NCBI GenBank assembly: GCA_049314435.1
Contig: JBMOFD010000017.1
Location: 1-28,296, forward strand
Direction of reading: 5' to 3'
DNA from: Chlamydiia bacterium
GTDB lineage: Bacteria > Chlamydiota > Chlamydiia > Chlamydiales > JBMOFD01
Length of the DNA: 28,296 nt
The position numbers were made by a program, and so were the translations under genes. Below the pieces are notes generated by a model, which worked only from the letters and a program-made list of their open reading frames with translations, was not told where the DNA came from and did not search any database. The stretch's first letter is position 1. Every line of letters begins with the position of its first letter. Shown piece after piece: positions 18,565 to 27,123 of the stretch.

Positions 18565-18964
18565 GGGAGCCCTCCCGTAGGGTGAGAATCCCAGAGGTGA
18601 GAAGCTCTCCGCGACTATTCATAGGGATCTCAAGATGGTGGAAGGGCTGCCCATTCCAAAGGCAGCTCTCCACATTGACGTGAAAGCGGGGGCGATTAGA
18701 ACCGTTAAGGAAGCCGTCAAGGCGATGGTTCTGAGCCACCAAAAGAAGAGTCATCGGCTGGCCCTTGGCCATGGCCAGGGTGCGTGCAAGCGAGATCTTA
18801 CGGTCGATCTTGAGAGTGGCTCCTCGGAGCTGCGTGGCAGCAAAGCCCTGCCGCCACGCTACCCAGCCGCCCAAACTCACGATCCCTATGATAAGTAGAA
18901 CGACTAGAATCTCGATGAGCGTGAGGCTATTCGTCCTCTTTCGCTTCTGTCCAGCCGTCGCCAT
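18542..18964 (-). CDS. T2SS minor pseudopilin, GspH-like
   Basis: KRKRTNS|LTLIEILVVLLIIGIV and LARTLAM..GQP (FimT/GspH-like). Confidence 0.75.
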   Translation of the reverse strand: MATAGQKRKRTNSLTLIEILVVLLIIGIVSLGGWVAWRQGFAATQLRGATLKIDRKISLARTLAMAKGQPMTLLLVAQNHRLDGFLNGSNRPRFHVNVESCLWNGQPFHHLEIPMNSRGELLTSGILTLREGSHELDIKF

Positions 18965-19328
18965 ATTTACCCTTCATGTACTTGCGGTAGTTGGGTGAAA
19001 TCACCCGGAGCCGATCCCCATCTACCTCCGCACGCAGCTCCTCTCCCCACCCACCGACGATGAACTTGGTGGCATCTTTCACCATGCCCGTCGTCGCTAG
19101 GTACTTCTTTGGCTCTTGTGCGATTGCTTCGAGGCTGAGGCCTTCCTGAGCTGCTGCCATCGTGAGCATCTGCTCCATCTGACGAGCACGCTGCCGAGTC
19201 TTGAAGGCCTTGCCCTCATCCAGGCTTCCCTTCATCCAGGGGATCAGCACGCTGAGTGCGAGTCCGATGATGAAGAGCACCACCATGATCTCGATCAGGG
19301 TCAGTGCTCGACGCGAGCGTTTAGCCAT
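18927..19328 (-). CDS. gspG: T2SS major pseudopilin, GspG-like
   Basis: KRSRRA|LTLIEIMVVLFIIGL, GSLDEGKAF.T, and GGWGE (a variant of DPWG). First pilin gene after gspF. Confidence 0.75.
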   Translation of the reverse strand: MAKRSRRALTLIEIMVVLFIIGLALSVLIPWMKGSLDEGKAFKTRQRARQMEQMLTMAAAQEGLSLEAIAQEPKKYLATTGMVKDATKFIVGGWGEELRAEVDGDRLRVISPNYRKYMKGKYGDGWTEAKEDE

Positions 19329-20517
19329 TGGAGCCTCCTACAAGCTGATTGACGTCGGTGAGCGGAACAAGGATGCCAATGAGAACCAGGCCCACAACCA
19401 GTCCAAGAAAGACCAAAATGACCGGCTGCATCCATTGCTGCAACTTATCAAGGCGTTCGTTGGCTTCTTCTTCGAAGAGTTTGGCCAGCTGAGTCAATGA
19501 CCCAGACAGTTCACCCGATTCTTCCGCTAGGCCGACCATTGTAACCACTAAGGGCGGAAAGATCGACTCCCTGCTTAGCAGTTGGCTAAAGCGTCCGCCT
19601 TGGATCAATCCCTCTTCCATCCGAGACATCGCTGCCTGCAAAGAAGGAAGCACGCTAATAGCCCGACTCATCCTCAAAGTCTCCAGCAGAGAAACTCCCC
19701 CGCGTAGCAGCGAGGCCATCGTCCGAAAGGTGCGTGCTAGCGCACTGGTGACCAACATGTTTCCCACGAGGGGTAGATGACAGGCAGCATTTCGGATCGT
19801 CTGACGCCCATGTAAACTCCTGGACCATGAGAACAGTGCTAAAGAGCCGCCCGCAATGGAAGCGGCAATCAAAATCCCATAGTCCTGTACGACATGGCTG
19901 GCTTGCAGCAGCACCCAAGTCACCCCCTCGATGCGCCGACCTTCTAGTAGAGGCTCTAGAGAAGGCACGGCAACGAGCAGAAGAAAGACTACAATCCCCA
20001 GGGCAGCAAGCAGCACGATGATCGGGTAGGTAAACGCCTTGCGGAGCTGCGAGCGTAGATGGATCTGCTTGGTGAGGAGTTCTTCCAGACGCTCTAAAGA
20101 GTCTCCAAGCGATCCAGAGGCTTCCCCAGCCGAGATCATGGAGCGAAAGAGACCGTCAAATTGCTCGGGATGGAGTCCCAATGCCTGAGAAAAGGGAGCC
20201 CCCTGCGACATCGCCATGCGGATCTCCCTCAGCAATGGCTGGTAGGGAGTTCCCTTGGAGCGCTCCTCGATCGATCGTACCGATTCAAATAGAGGACAGC
20301 CTGCTCGTGTCAGCTGAGCCAGCTGCTGAGTCAGCCGCAGAAGCGAGGCAGGGGTAAGGCGTGCAGTGCGTCGTGTTCCTCGCAGAAGACGCAGGTCGAA
20401 CACGACGATGCCATCCTGCCGCAGCACGGAGCGTGCTTCCATAGCATGCTCGGCGGCTAGACGCCCTCGAACGGAACGCCCAGCGCTGTTCAGGCCCTTG
20501 TAGGCAAAATCAGCCAT
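19321..20517 (-). CDS. gspF: T2SS inner-membrane platform protein
   Basis: F.YKGLNSAG...RG, QQLAQL.RAG.PL, AGEASGSL, AFTYP, FPP...MV..AEESGEL, QPV, ILVP. Confidence 0.95.
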   Translation of the reverse strand: MADFAYKGLNSAGRSVRGRLAAEHAMEARSVLRQDGIVVFDLRLLRGTRRTARLTPASLLRLTQQLAQLTRAGCPLFESVRSIEERSKGTPYQPLLREIRMAMSQGAPFSQALGLHPEQFDGLFRSMISAGEASGSLGDSLERLEELLTKQIHLRSQLRKAFTYPIIVLLAALGIVVFLLLVAVPSLEPLLEGRRIEGVTWVLLQASHVVQDYGILIAASIAGGSLALFSWSRSLHGRQTIRNAACHLPLVGNMLVTSALARTFRTMASLLRGGVSLLETLRMSRAISVLPSLQAAMSRMEEGLIQGGRFSQLLSRESIFPPLVVTMVGLAEESGELSGSLTQLAKLFEEEANERLDKLQQWMQPVILVFLGLVVGLVLIGILVPLTDVNQLVGGSNG

Positions 20518-20540
20518 GAGATGGTCCTAGGAGACGACTG

Positions 20541-20597
20541 TTGTGGGGCGTTGCCCCACTCCCCGTTGGCAAGTTGCACCATCCAGACCTCTGTGGG
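20541..20597 (-). repeat. Double-hairpin dispersed element, copy F (hairpin 1 degenerate)
   Basis: Minus strand CCCACAGAGGT-CTGGATGGT(GCA)ACTTGCCAA-CGGGGA-GTGGGGC(AAC)GCCCCAC. Fills the gspE-gspF spacer. Confidence 0.65.
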
Positions 20598-20600
20598 AAG

Positions 20601-22139
20601 TTACATTTCATCAGGTGATGTAACACGAGCCACCTCCCCGCCGGCGATGATCCCCTCAGAGCAGAGCCGTAGGGCCTGGGTTCTAAGGGTCTGTAGGCCA
20701 CGTCCTACAGCCAGTCTCTTCAGCGTGACCGCATCCTGACACTCAAGCATTTCACGCTGTAGATCAGAGGTCATCGGTAACCACTCATAGATCCCACATC
20801 GCCCCGCTGTTCCGCTCTGCTGGCAAGCAGGACAGCCCTTGGCTGTGTAGCAGGCCGCTGCTGTCGCATCAGGCAGCTGCCACTCACGCTGCTGTAGGGG
20901 AGAGATGGTGACTGGAACTCGGCACTTAGGACACAGGCGGCGCACCAATCGCTGTGCCAAAATCCCCAGTAGAGCTGAGGAGATCAGGTAGGGTTCGATC
21001 CCCATGTCAACCAGACGGGCAATGGCCGAAGCCGCATCGTTGGTGTGGAGTGTACTCAGCACCAAGTGACCCGTAAGTGAGGCTTGTAGAGCGATTTCGG
21101 CGGTCTCTCTGTCACGAATCTCCCCAACAAGGATGATGTCGGGATCCTGACGCAAGATGTGTCGGAGGCCTGCAGCAAAGTCAAAACCGATCTTAGGCTG
21201 CACCTGGATCTGTGCAATACCCGGCAACCTCACCTCAATCGGATCTTCGATCGTCATGATGTTACGTTCCGCCGATAACAGGTCCCGTACGGCACTGTAG
21301 AGCGTCGTTGTCTTCCCAGATCCCGTTGGACCTGTCACCAGGATGAGGCCCTCAGACCTTTGGAGGCACCGCTTCAACCCCACGCTAACGGGATCGGGCA
21401 ACCCGAGGTAGTCTAAGCCGAGGGCTACGTGGGACTTGTCCAGAAGGCGTAGAACGATGCGTTCTCCTCCCAGACAGGGGATCGTGCTCACCCGAAAATC
21501 GGCCTCTCTGCCCGCCAACTGCACGCGAATACGGCCATCCTGAGGCAGCCGATGCTCTGCGATATCCAGCTTGGCTAGCACCTTGAGACGAGTCACCAGT
21601 GGCCCCACAAGCTCACGCGATGGTGCGTGATGGTCTTGGAGGATGCCGTTGTCGCGATATCGGATCCGTAGCTGGTCTTCCATAGGATCGAAGTGGATGT
21701 CTGAGGCGCCGATCTGGATCGACTCAGCCAGGACCGCATTGAGGAAGCGGATGGCCGGGCTGTCGGTGCTGTCATCCAGCAGGTCAATGGGGCCTCCCTC
21801 CTCCTCATCGATCACATGACCTGTAGCGTCTCTTAGAAGCCGCTCTGCCATGCCGTCAGCTGCTCGGTAGCGCTGCTCGATCAGAGGCAGGAGAGCCTCC
21901 TCTGGACAGAAGACAGCGCGTACGGGACAGCCTAGGATCAGCTCTAAGTCTTCAAGAGCACTGCATTGCGGATGGCTCAGAGCGATCCAGCATGCCGATC
22001 CATCCCAGTGGACGGGTAGGAGTCGCTTAGCTCGCACGAAGGTGTAGGGGACACGGCGAATCATCTCCTCAGGGATTTCATGAGGAGAACCATTCCAATA
22101 ATCTAAGCCAAAGTGCTCAGAAGGTGGAGCAGCGCGCAT
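20601..22139 (-). CDS. gspE: T2SS assembly ATPase
   Basis: ASDIHF, LDIAEHRLPQDGR, GPTGSGKTTTLY, TIEDPIE, LRQDPDIILVGEIRD, TGHLVLSTLHTN, and the CPKC...CPAC Zn motif. Confidence 0.97.
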   Translation of the reverse strand: MRAAPPSEHFGLDYWNGSPHEIPEEMIRRVPYTFVRAKRLLPVHWDGSACWIALSHPQCSALEDLELILGCPVRAVFCPEEALLPLIEQRYRAADGMAERLLRDATGHVIDEEEGGPIDLLDDSTDSPAIRFLNAVLAESIQIGASDIHFDPMEDQLRIRYRDNGILQDHHAPSRELVGPLVTRLKVLAKLDIAEHRLPQDGRIRVQLAGREADFRVSTIPCLGGERIVLRLLDKSHVALGLDYLGLPDPVSVGLKRCLQRSEGLILVTGPTGSGKTTTLYSAVRDLLSAERNIMTIEDPIEVRLPGIAQIQVQPKIGFDFAAGLRHILRQDPDIILVGEIRDRETAEIALQASLTGHLVLSTLHTNDAASAIARLVDMGIEPYLISSALLGILAQRLVRRLCPKCRVPVTISPLQQREWQLPDATAAACYTAKGCPACQQSGTAGRCGIYEWLPMTSDLQREMLECQDAVTLKRLAVGRGLQTLRTQALRLCSEGIIAGGEVARVTSPDEM

Positions 22140-24459
22140 CCGGAGCCCCTGGGTTGAAACACTCCTGCGCGTCGGCCCACTCGCCGGTTACAACCTGCAC
22201 CGTACGGGCAAAGGCTCGCCGTGAAGCGCGTTCTTTGGCCTGCTGGATGCAAGCAAGAAACTCAGGGACGTCCCCAGGACGTCGGCAGAGTTCTTCTGCT
22301 CGAACACGACGCAGCTCTTCCTGCGGATCGAGGATGAGCCTGGGCGTGATGAAGATGAACATCTCTGTCTCATTGTCATCCATCATCGTGCTGCTGAAGA
22401 GCTTCCCTAGGCCAGGGATCTCCCCCAGGAAGGGGATCGATTCCGAGTCGGTCGCGGCCACGCGACGTCGCAACCCACCCAGAATGACCGTTTCCCCATC
22501 ACCGACCCGCACCTGGTTTTCAATGTGACGACGGACCACATCGGGACGATCCTCGCAATTCGGCCGTGTCGTGTCGAAGGTGATGTTGGTGTCCAGCGTC
22601 ACGCTGCCACGACTATTAGAATTAGGAGAATCGGGCAGGTGAATGGTCGGTGTCAGCACCAGGGTAATCCCATACTGAGCTCGTACGTAGGACTTCTGGA
22701 TAACAGCAGCACCGGTGTCGCAACAGCTCACAGCGCCATTGTTGATCGACATTTCCTCGACCAAGCTGATCGAAGCCGGAGTCTGATTCACCGTCAACAC
22801 GGAAGGGTTGGCGTTGATCTGCACATCTTCCTGGTTCAGCAGGAAGTTGTAGGTCAGATCATAGGCCGGCGTACTGCAGGTTTTCTCCCTAGAAAGGATG
22901 AACTCAAAGAGCCCATGACCGGGCCTGCCATCAAATCCTAGACCCGTCGCTGTGCAGTCGCATGCCAAAGATCCGATGCGCAAGAGGTTCAGCCCAAATC
23001 GGTTCTGACTCTTGATGCGACGTTCCACGAGGAGCACATCGAGCTGCACCATCCGCTTGGGCACATCCATGCGTCGCGCGAGATCTTGCAAAGCTGGTAG
23101 CAAACGCTGCTCGACGACCATGAGGATTGAACCACTCTTGGCATCCACGATGAAGTTGTTCGAACCCGATACGGCCGAGGTCCTATTCGGAATGCCCGCA
23201 CCGATCATCTGCAGGTTCACAGGACCCGCAGGACAGTTGGGTGGAGAAAAACAGGGTCGTGTGTAGTCAAGGCATGTGCGTGGCTGGAGCGCGCCACCTG
23301 TAGGGGCAGTTGAGGGCACAGGTTGGTCGCACTCCTGCAACATGCAGTAGACTCTCTCTAAGACCTGGGCCAGCTCCTCGGGTGGGCTATGCTGACACTG
23401 GTACGCATAGATCGTCTTCGCTGCTGGGTCTTCCAGACGTCGCTCCAGATCCATGGCTACTTGTTCGGCTCGCCGTAGCTGCTCTGGACTGCCCACAAGC
23501 AGAAGGGCACGGTTGGCGCCATTCAGTGCGTGGATCCGGAGCGTGTCACCCATCTCCCCCGCACCCGTGGACCCCTTCGCATCGGGCGATCCATGGAAGA
23601 TGTTGGAGAGGAGCTTGGCCATCTCATCGGGACTGGTCTTAGAGACGCTCATGAGCTTGTAGTCGCGGCGAGCTCCCTTGGAGGAGAGGAAGTCCACCAC
23701 CTTCAGCACTTCCACAACGTCACTGGCTGGAGCGCTGATCACGAGGTAATCGCCTAGTGCGGCCAATTGCACCACCTGCGGACGTACGAACCCCTGCAGC
23801 TTGCGGTGGATCAGAGCAGGGTCCTCCTCCTGACACAGCATGAAAAAGGAGACATGTTCGCTTGGCGAGAGGGCCTGTACGACCTGGCGATCCGCGAGGA
23901 ACCAGGAGGTCGATGTGGGCTCTTTCGTAAGCAGATAGAGGTCGCGTAGTAGAGGATGTGGCTTGCGTATCCCCACTCCGCACTGAGCAAGAACGATCTC
24001 TAGGAAGTTCTCCCAGCAGCTCTCCGGAAGTGGGAGACGTGTGTGGAGATGAATGCGCAGGCCGGCGAGATCGGGAGGGACGAGGTAGACCAACTCCGGT
24101 GGTGCGTAGTCGGAGATGAGCTGACCGATGGTGCCCTCCTGGGTGTCCCAAGGTAGAGCTTCATCGCCATCTCGCACATAGGGCCCTGCCGTATCACGCC
24201 AAGCAATCTGCAGATCTCGACACTGTGCCTTCAACATCCGCAACTCAGCGAGAAGTGTGGGGCTCACTTCGCCCTCAGCGACTTGTTGGCGCAAACAGGC
24301 TTCACCAGCGGTCAGCTGCTGATGCAGTTGACGCAAGGAGCGATTGGTCTCTTGTAGGGGCTGCTTCAAGGGCAGAGGGAGATCTTCGCTGTCGTCCCCA
24401 CGCAGCGGGCTCACACCCACTAAAAAGAGGCAGGAGAGCCATAGGAGATAGTGTCTCAC
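22117..24459 (-). CDS. gspD: T2SS secretin (chlamydial type, cysteine-rich)
   Basis: Signal peptide and N-domain repeats. DVPKRMVQLDVLLVE, ANPSVLTVN, YGITLVLTP, V.DGETVILGGL, IPFLGEIPGLGKLF, FIFITPRL. Confidence 0.95.
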   Translation of the reverse strand: MRHYLLWLSCLFLVGVSPLRGDDSEDLPLPLKQPLQETNRSLRQLHQQLTAGEACLRQQVAEGEVSPTLLAELRMLKAQCRDLQIAWRDTAGPYVRDGDEALPWDTQEGTIGQLISDYAPPELVYLVPPDLAGLRIHLHTRLPLPESCWENFLEIVLAQCGVGIRKPHPLLRDLYLLTKEPTSTSWFLADRQVVQALSPSEHVSFFMLCQEEDPALIHRKLQGFVRPQVVQLAALGDYLVISAPASDVVEVLKVVDFLSSKGARRDYKLMSVSKTSPDEMAKLLSNIFHGSPDAKGSTGAGEMGDTLRIHALNGANRALLLVGSPEQLRRAEQVAMDLERRLEDPAAKTIYAYQCQHSPPEELAQVLERVYCMLQECDQPVPSTAPTGGALQPRTCLDYTRPCFSPPNCPAGPVNLQMIGAGIPNRTSAVSGSNNFIVDAKSGSILMVVEQRLLPALQDLARRMDVPKRMVQLDVLLVERRIKSQNRFGLNLLRIGSLACDCTATGLGFDGRPGHGLFEFILSREKTCSTPAYDLTYNFLLNQEDVQINANPSVLTVNQTPASISLVEEMSINNGAVSCCDTGAAVIQKSYVRAQYGITLVLTPTIHLPDSPNSNSRGSVTLDTNITFDTTRPNCEDRPDVVRRHIENQVRVGDGETVILGGLRRRVAATDSESIPFLGEIPGLGKLFSSTMMDDNETEMFIFITPRLILDPQEELRRVRAEELCRRPGDVPEFLACIQQAKERASRRAFARTVQVVTGEWADAQECFNPGAPDARCSTF

Positions 24460-25646
24460 GGATTTCCCCCGGGTGGATGAGCGGCTGTATTCGAGATGCC
24501 TGTAGGATGGAGCGTCATCGATTGCGCGTCGGCATGGACCGCACTGTAGAGTTTCAGCTGTACCTGAGGTTTCCCCCTGGCTCGTTGGACTCGTTCAATC
24601 ACAATCACCTCTCCAACCCCACTCGTCTGCCACCATGACGCCCTGTTCGTTGTGCTCGACAGGACTTGCCAGGTTTCACCTCGCTTCACCAACCAATCGC
24701 CCTCGCGACAGAGAAAGTTCTGCGACCCCAGCTGGATCAACGCGCGTCGCTGTCCCCGAAGAGACTTGAGGCGGAGCTGCGAGGCCAAGCCATTCAGGTC
24801 GCTATTGGACGTCAGGCGGGGCATCTGAAGATCTCCCCGAAGTAGCCCTACGGCATCCCAGATCTTTAGGTTGATGCGTTGAGCTTCGACTGAATCGATG
24901 CGCACGACTGGATGTCCACTATAGCACCCGGCGATCCATTTGCCCTCTACATAAGAGAGGGTTCCCTTGGCAGGAATGGCCACGGCATAGCAACGAGGTC
25001 CAAAGCCAAATTCAAAATGTTGGAAGGGACCTTGATCGGGAGTCGCGTCTGAGCAGAGTTGGTCTGTGCCAAACCAGCGGCCTTCCATCTTAAGAAGAAG
25101 CCTCTGGTCTACGACATGCCCAGCTACATCCCATGAGCGCTGCCTCGGTGCTTCGTGGAGTTTCATCATGACTGGATAACAGCCGACATCACACAGCTCG
25201 ACCTCGGCCTGCAAACCCTCTCCGGTCATCTGTTGGACGCGCAGAGCCAGTGGAGAGCCGGGGTTTCCCCACTTCAGATGAAGTTGAGTGGCTGTTGGAT
25301 CAAACTCCAGTGGGATCGCCTCGCCAGGGCCCGCCTGTCGAGGCGAATCCCCATCGCGTAGGCAGAGCCAGCAGCGGTCCCCCGACTCTCCAGGGTGGTC
25401 CACGCGGCCCACGTAGCGGACCTCTTCGCGGACTCTCTGCACGGCATAGGGTTCTTCCAATTGGTGCCCAAACAGAGACAGTAGAGAGGCTTCAATGGGT
25501 GGCGTGGTGGCTTGCTGAGAGGTCTTGATGGAGACAGGAGAAGAAATCTCCAGATCGCCGTTCTGATAGCTCCAGTACACAACTCCGGCCCCGCCGAGGC
25601 AGGCTAGTCCGATGAATAGAGATAGGAGAAGACGCGATCGCAACAT
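24456..25646 (-). CDS. Membrane-anchored hypothetical protein leading the T2SS operon (positional equivalent of the chlamydial gene upstream of gspD; GspC-like role possible)
   Basis: Single N-terminal TM segment and a beta-rich periplasmic part (RWFGTD.L, KIWD..G). GTGA overlap with gspD. Confidence 0.7.
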   Translation of the reverse strand: MLRSRLLLSLFIGLACLGGAGVVYWSYQNGDLEISSPVSIKTSQQATTPPIEASLLSLFGHQLEEPYAVQRVREEVRYVGRVDHPGESGDRCWLCLRDGDSPRQAGPGEAIPLEFDPTATQLHLKWGNPGSPLALRVQQMTGEGLQAEVELCDVGCYPVMMKLHEAPRQRSWDVAGHVVDQRLLLKMEGRWFGTDQLCSDATPDQGPFQHFEFGFGPRCYAVAIPAKGTLSYVEGKWIAGCYSGHPVVRIDSVEAQRINLKIWDAVGLLRGDLQMPRLTSNSDLNGLASQLRLKSLRGQRRALIQLGSQNFLCREGDWLVKRGETWQVLSSTTNRASWWQTSGVGEVIVIERVQRARGKPQVQLKLYSAVHADAQSMTLHPTGISNTAAHPPGGNP

Positions 25647-25655
25647 GACGAAGTC

Positions 25656-25664
25656 AGTATAGCA
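25656..25664 (-). promoter_or_regulatory. Putative extended -10 promoter (TGnTATACT) of the T2SS operon
   Basis: Minus-strand TGCTATACT ends 9 nt before ATG 25646, with no SD. Confidence 0.6.
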
Positions 25665-25756
25665 GAAACGAACGAACGCGAGGAGAGAGGTGGTCTATCG
25701 AGGAGAGGAGCAGTTGAGAGAGGCGGCCGCTATTGGGTTCTCGTCGGCAACTACGG

Positions 25757-26359
25757 TCAGAGCTCAATCCAGATGAAAGCGGCTGGGTCGGTTGAAGTGC
25801 CCTTGGCTGGTCCACCCACGACTGAGTAAGAAAGCCCGACGTTGCTAGCTGGGGTTGATGGTGTACCACTCATGGGGGGAGTAGCTGGTTGAGTACTATT
25901 AGCTCCGGAGGCGCCGCAAAGTGGCGATGAAGGGATACCTAAAACAAGCGCACCCCCCGGTGTGATTGTCACAGGTTGCCCATTGAGGTCTTGAATATTG
26001 GAATAGATGGTGCCCATGCCTTGTAGGGCGCTGGGCAGGGTCCCAGCGGGTATGGTGAGGGTGCTTCCGATCGAGGCACTTGAACACCTGACGGGGACGA
26101 TGGACTTCAATATTGGGGATGGAGTGCAGCTTTTCAGGGTGTTCATTGCGGCATCAGAAGTCATGCTTGAACTGGGGATAGTTGGAACGGCGTTGGTTGT
26201 ACACTCGGGAAAGAGCAGGTTCAGCGCTGCCTTCTTATGCACGACCAAATAGACGTGGTTGTCGGCCGGATTGTTGACAGCCAAGGCCTCACGGTTGGGC
26301 AGGAAGCTCAGAGTCGCCATCAAGAATAACCCAAGAGAGAGGATGCGTTGATGGATCAT
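25757..26359 (-). CDS. Exported Ser/Thr/Pro/Gly-rich hypothetical protein, paralog 2
   Basis: ATG 26359 behind GAGG. Signal peptide ending EALA|V. Four Cys. Colinear motifs with 26473-27036. Confidence 0.7.
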   Translation of the reverse strand: MIHQRILSLGLFLMATLSFLPNREALAVNNPADNHVYLVVHKKAALNLLFPECTTNAVPTIPSSSMTSDAAMNTLKSCTPSPILKSIVPVRCSSASIGSTLTIPAGTLPSALQGMGTIYSNIQDLNGQPVTITPGGALVLGIPSSPLCGASGANSTQPATPPMSGTPSTPASNVGLSYSVVGGPAKGTSTDPAAFIWIEL

Positions 26360-26472
26360 AGTAGGCCTCACTGCGTCGCTTTGTATGACATAGTTCTGGC
26401 ACAGGGTTCATTTATGTTTCACATAACCCCGCCGTTCTACAGAGGATGTGGCTCTCACCACAAGGTGATTTA

Positions 26473-27036
26473 CTACTTAAGCGTGATGAGAATGTACGTT
26501 GCTGGGGTCGCACTGCTATATGGACCGACCGGGGATGTAGCAATGACACGATGGGCTACGTCATTGGTATATATGCCATAGGTAAACTGAAACGGATTTG
26601 ACCCACAGATGGGTGGAGAGGAATAGTTTCCCGTAGATTGAGTGATTGTGATGGTGACGACTCCACCGCCGATGGTGGCGGAAGCACCATCGAGACCCTT
26701 AAGATTCGAACTTACTTTTCCAGAAAGCAATCCTGCAGTGCCTAAGTTGGATGTCGATCCACTGGTCGGCAGAGTTGCCTTAACGCTAGTCGAGCCTTGG
26801 CAAGTAAGAGTGACCACTGCAGCGGAGGGGAGAGTGCTGATGGGGGGAGGACTGCCCATGCCATAGGGGTTAAAACCAGCGGTGGTGAACGCGGTTGGAC
26901 CTGGCTGAGGAAAGAGATTGCCATTCGGGCCATTCACAATGACATACGCTTGATAGGGCTCGTCAGCCATCAATGGAACGGATACGAGGCCTATGGCTAG
27001 CGCTAGTCCGCTACAGAGTAGGAGGGTTTTTCTCAT
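26473..27036 (-). CDS. Exported Ser/Thr/Pro/Gly-rich hypothetical protein, paralog 1
   Basis: Signal peptide MRKTLLLCSGLALAIGLVSVPLMA|D. Two Cys in the mature part. C-terminal beta strand TYILITLK. Confidence 0.75.
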   Translation of the reverse strand: MRKTLLLCSGLALAIGLVSVPLMADEPYQAYVIVNGPNGNLFPQPGPTAFTTAGFNPYGMGSPPPISTLPSAAVVTLTCQGSTSVKATLPTSGSTSNLGTAGLLSGKVSSNLKGLDGASATIGGGVVTITITQSTGNYSSPPICGSNPFQFTYGIYTNDVAHRVIATSPVGPYSSATPATYILITLK

Positions 27037-27123
27037 AGAGGAGCCTCATGCAAACATGCTTCGATGCTCTTCTGTCATGGGCTCACTTTGGTTACAAATG
27101 ACCCCGCAGTGGCAAGACCCCCT

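Noticed and set aside
2474..20597. Repeats interpreted as a CRISPR array or as intrinsic terminators
   Set aside because: They are dispersed rather than regularly spaced, there are no cas genes, they lack 3' U-tracts, and they occur upstream of and inside genes.
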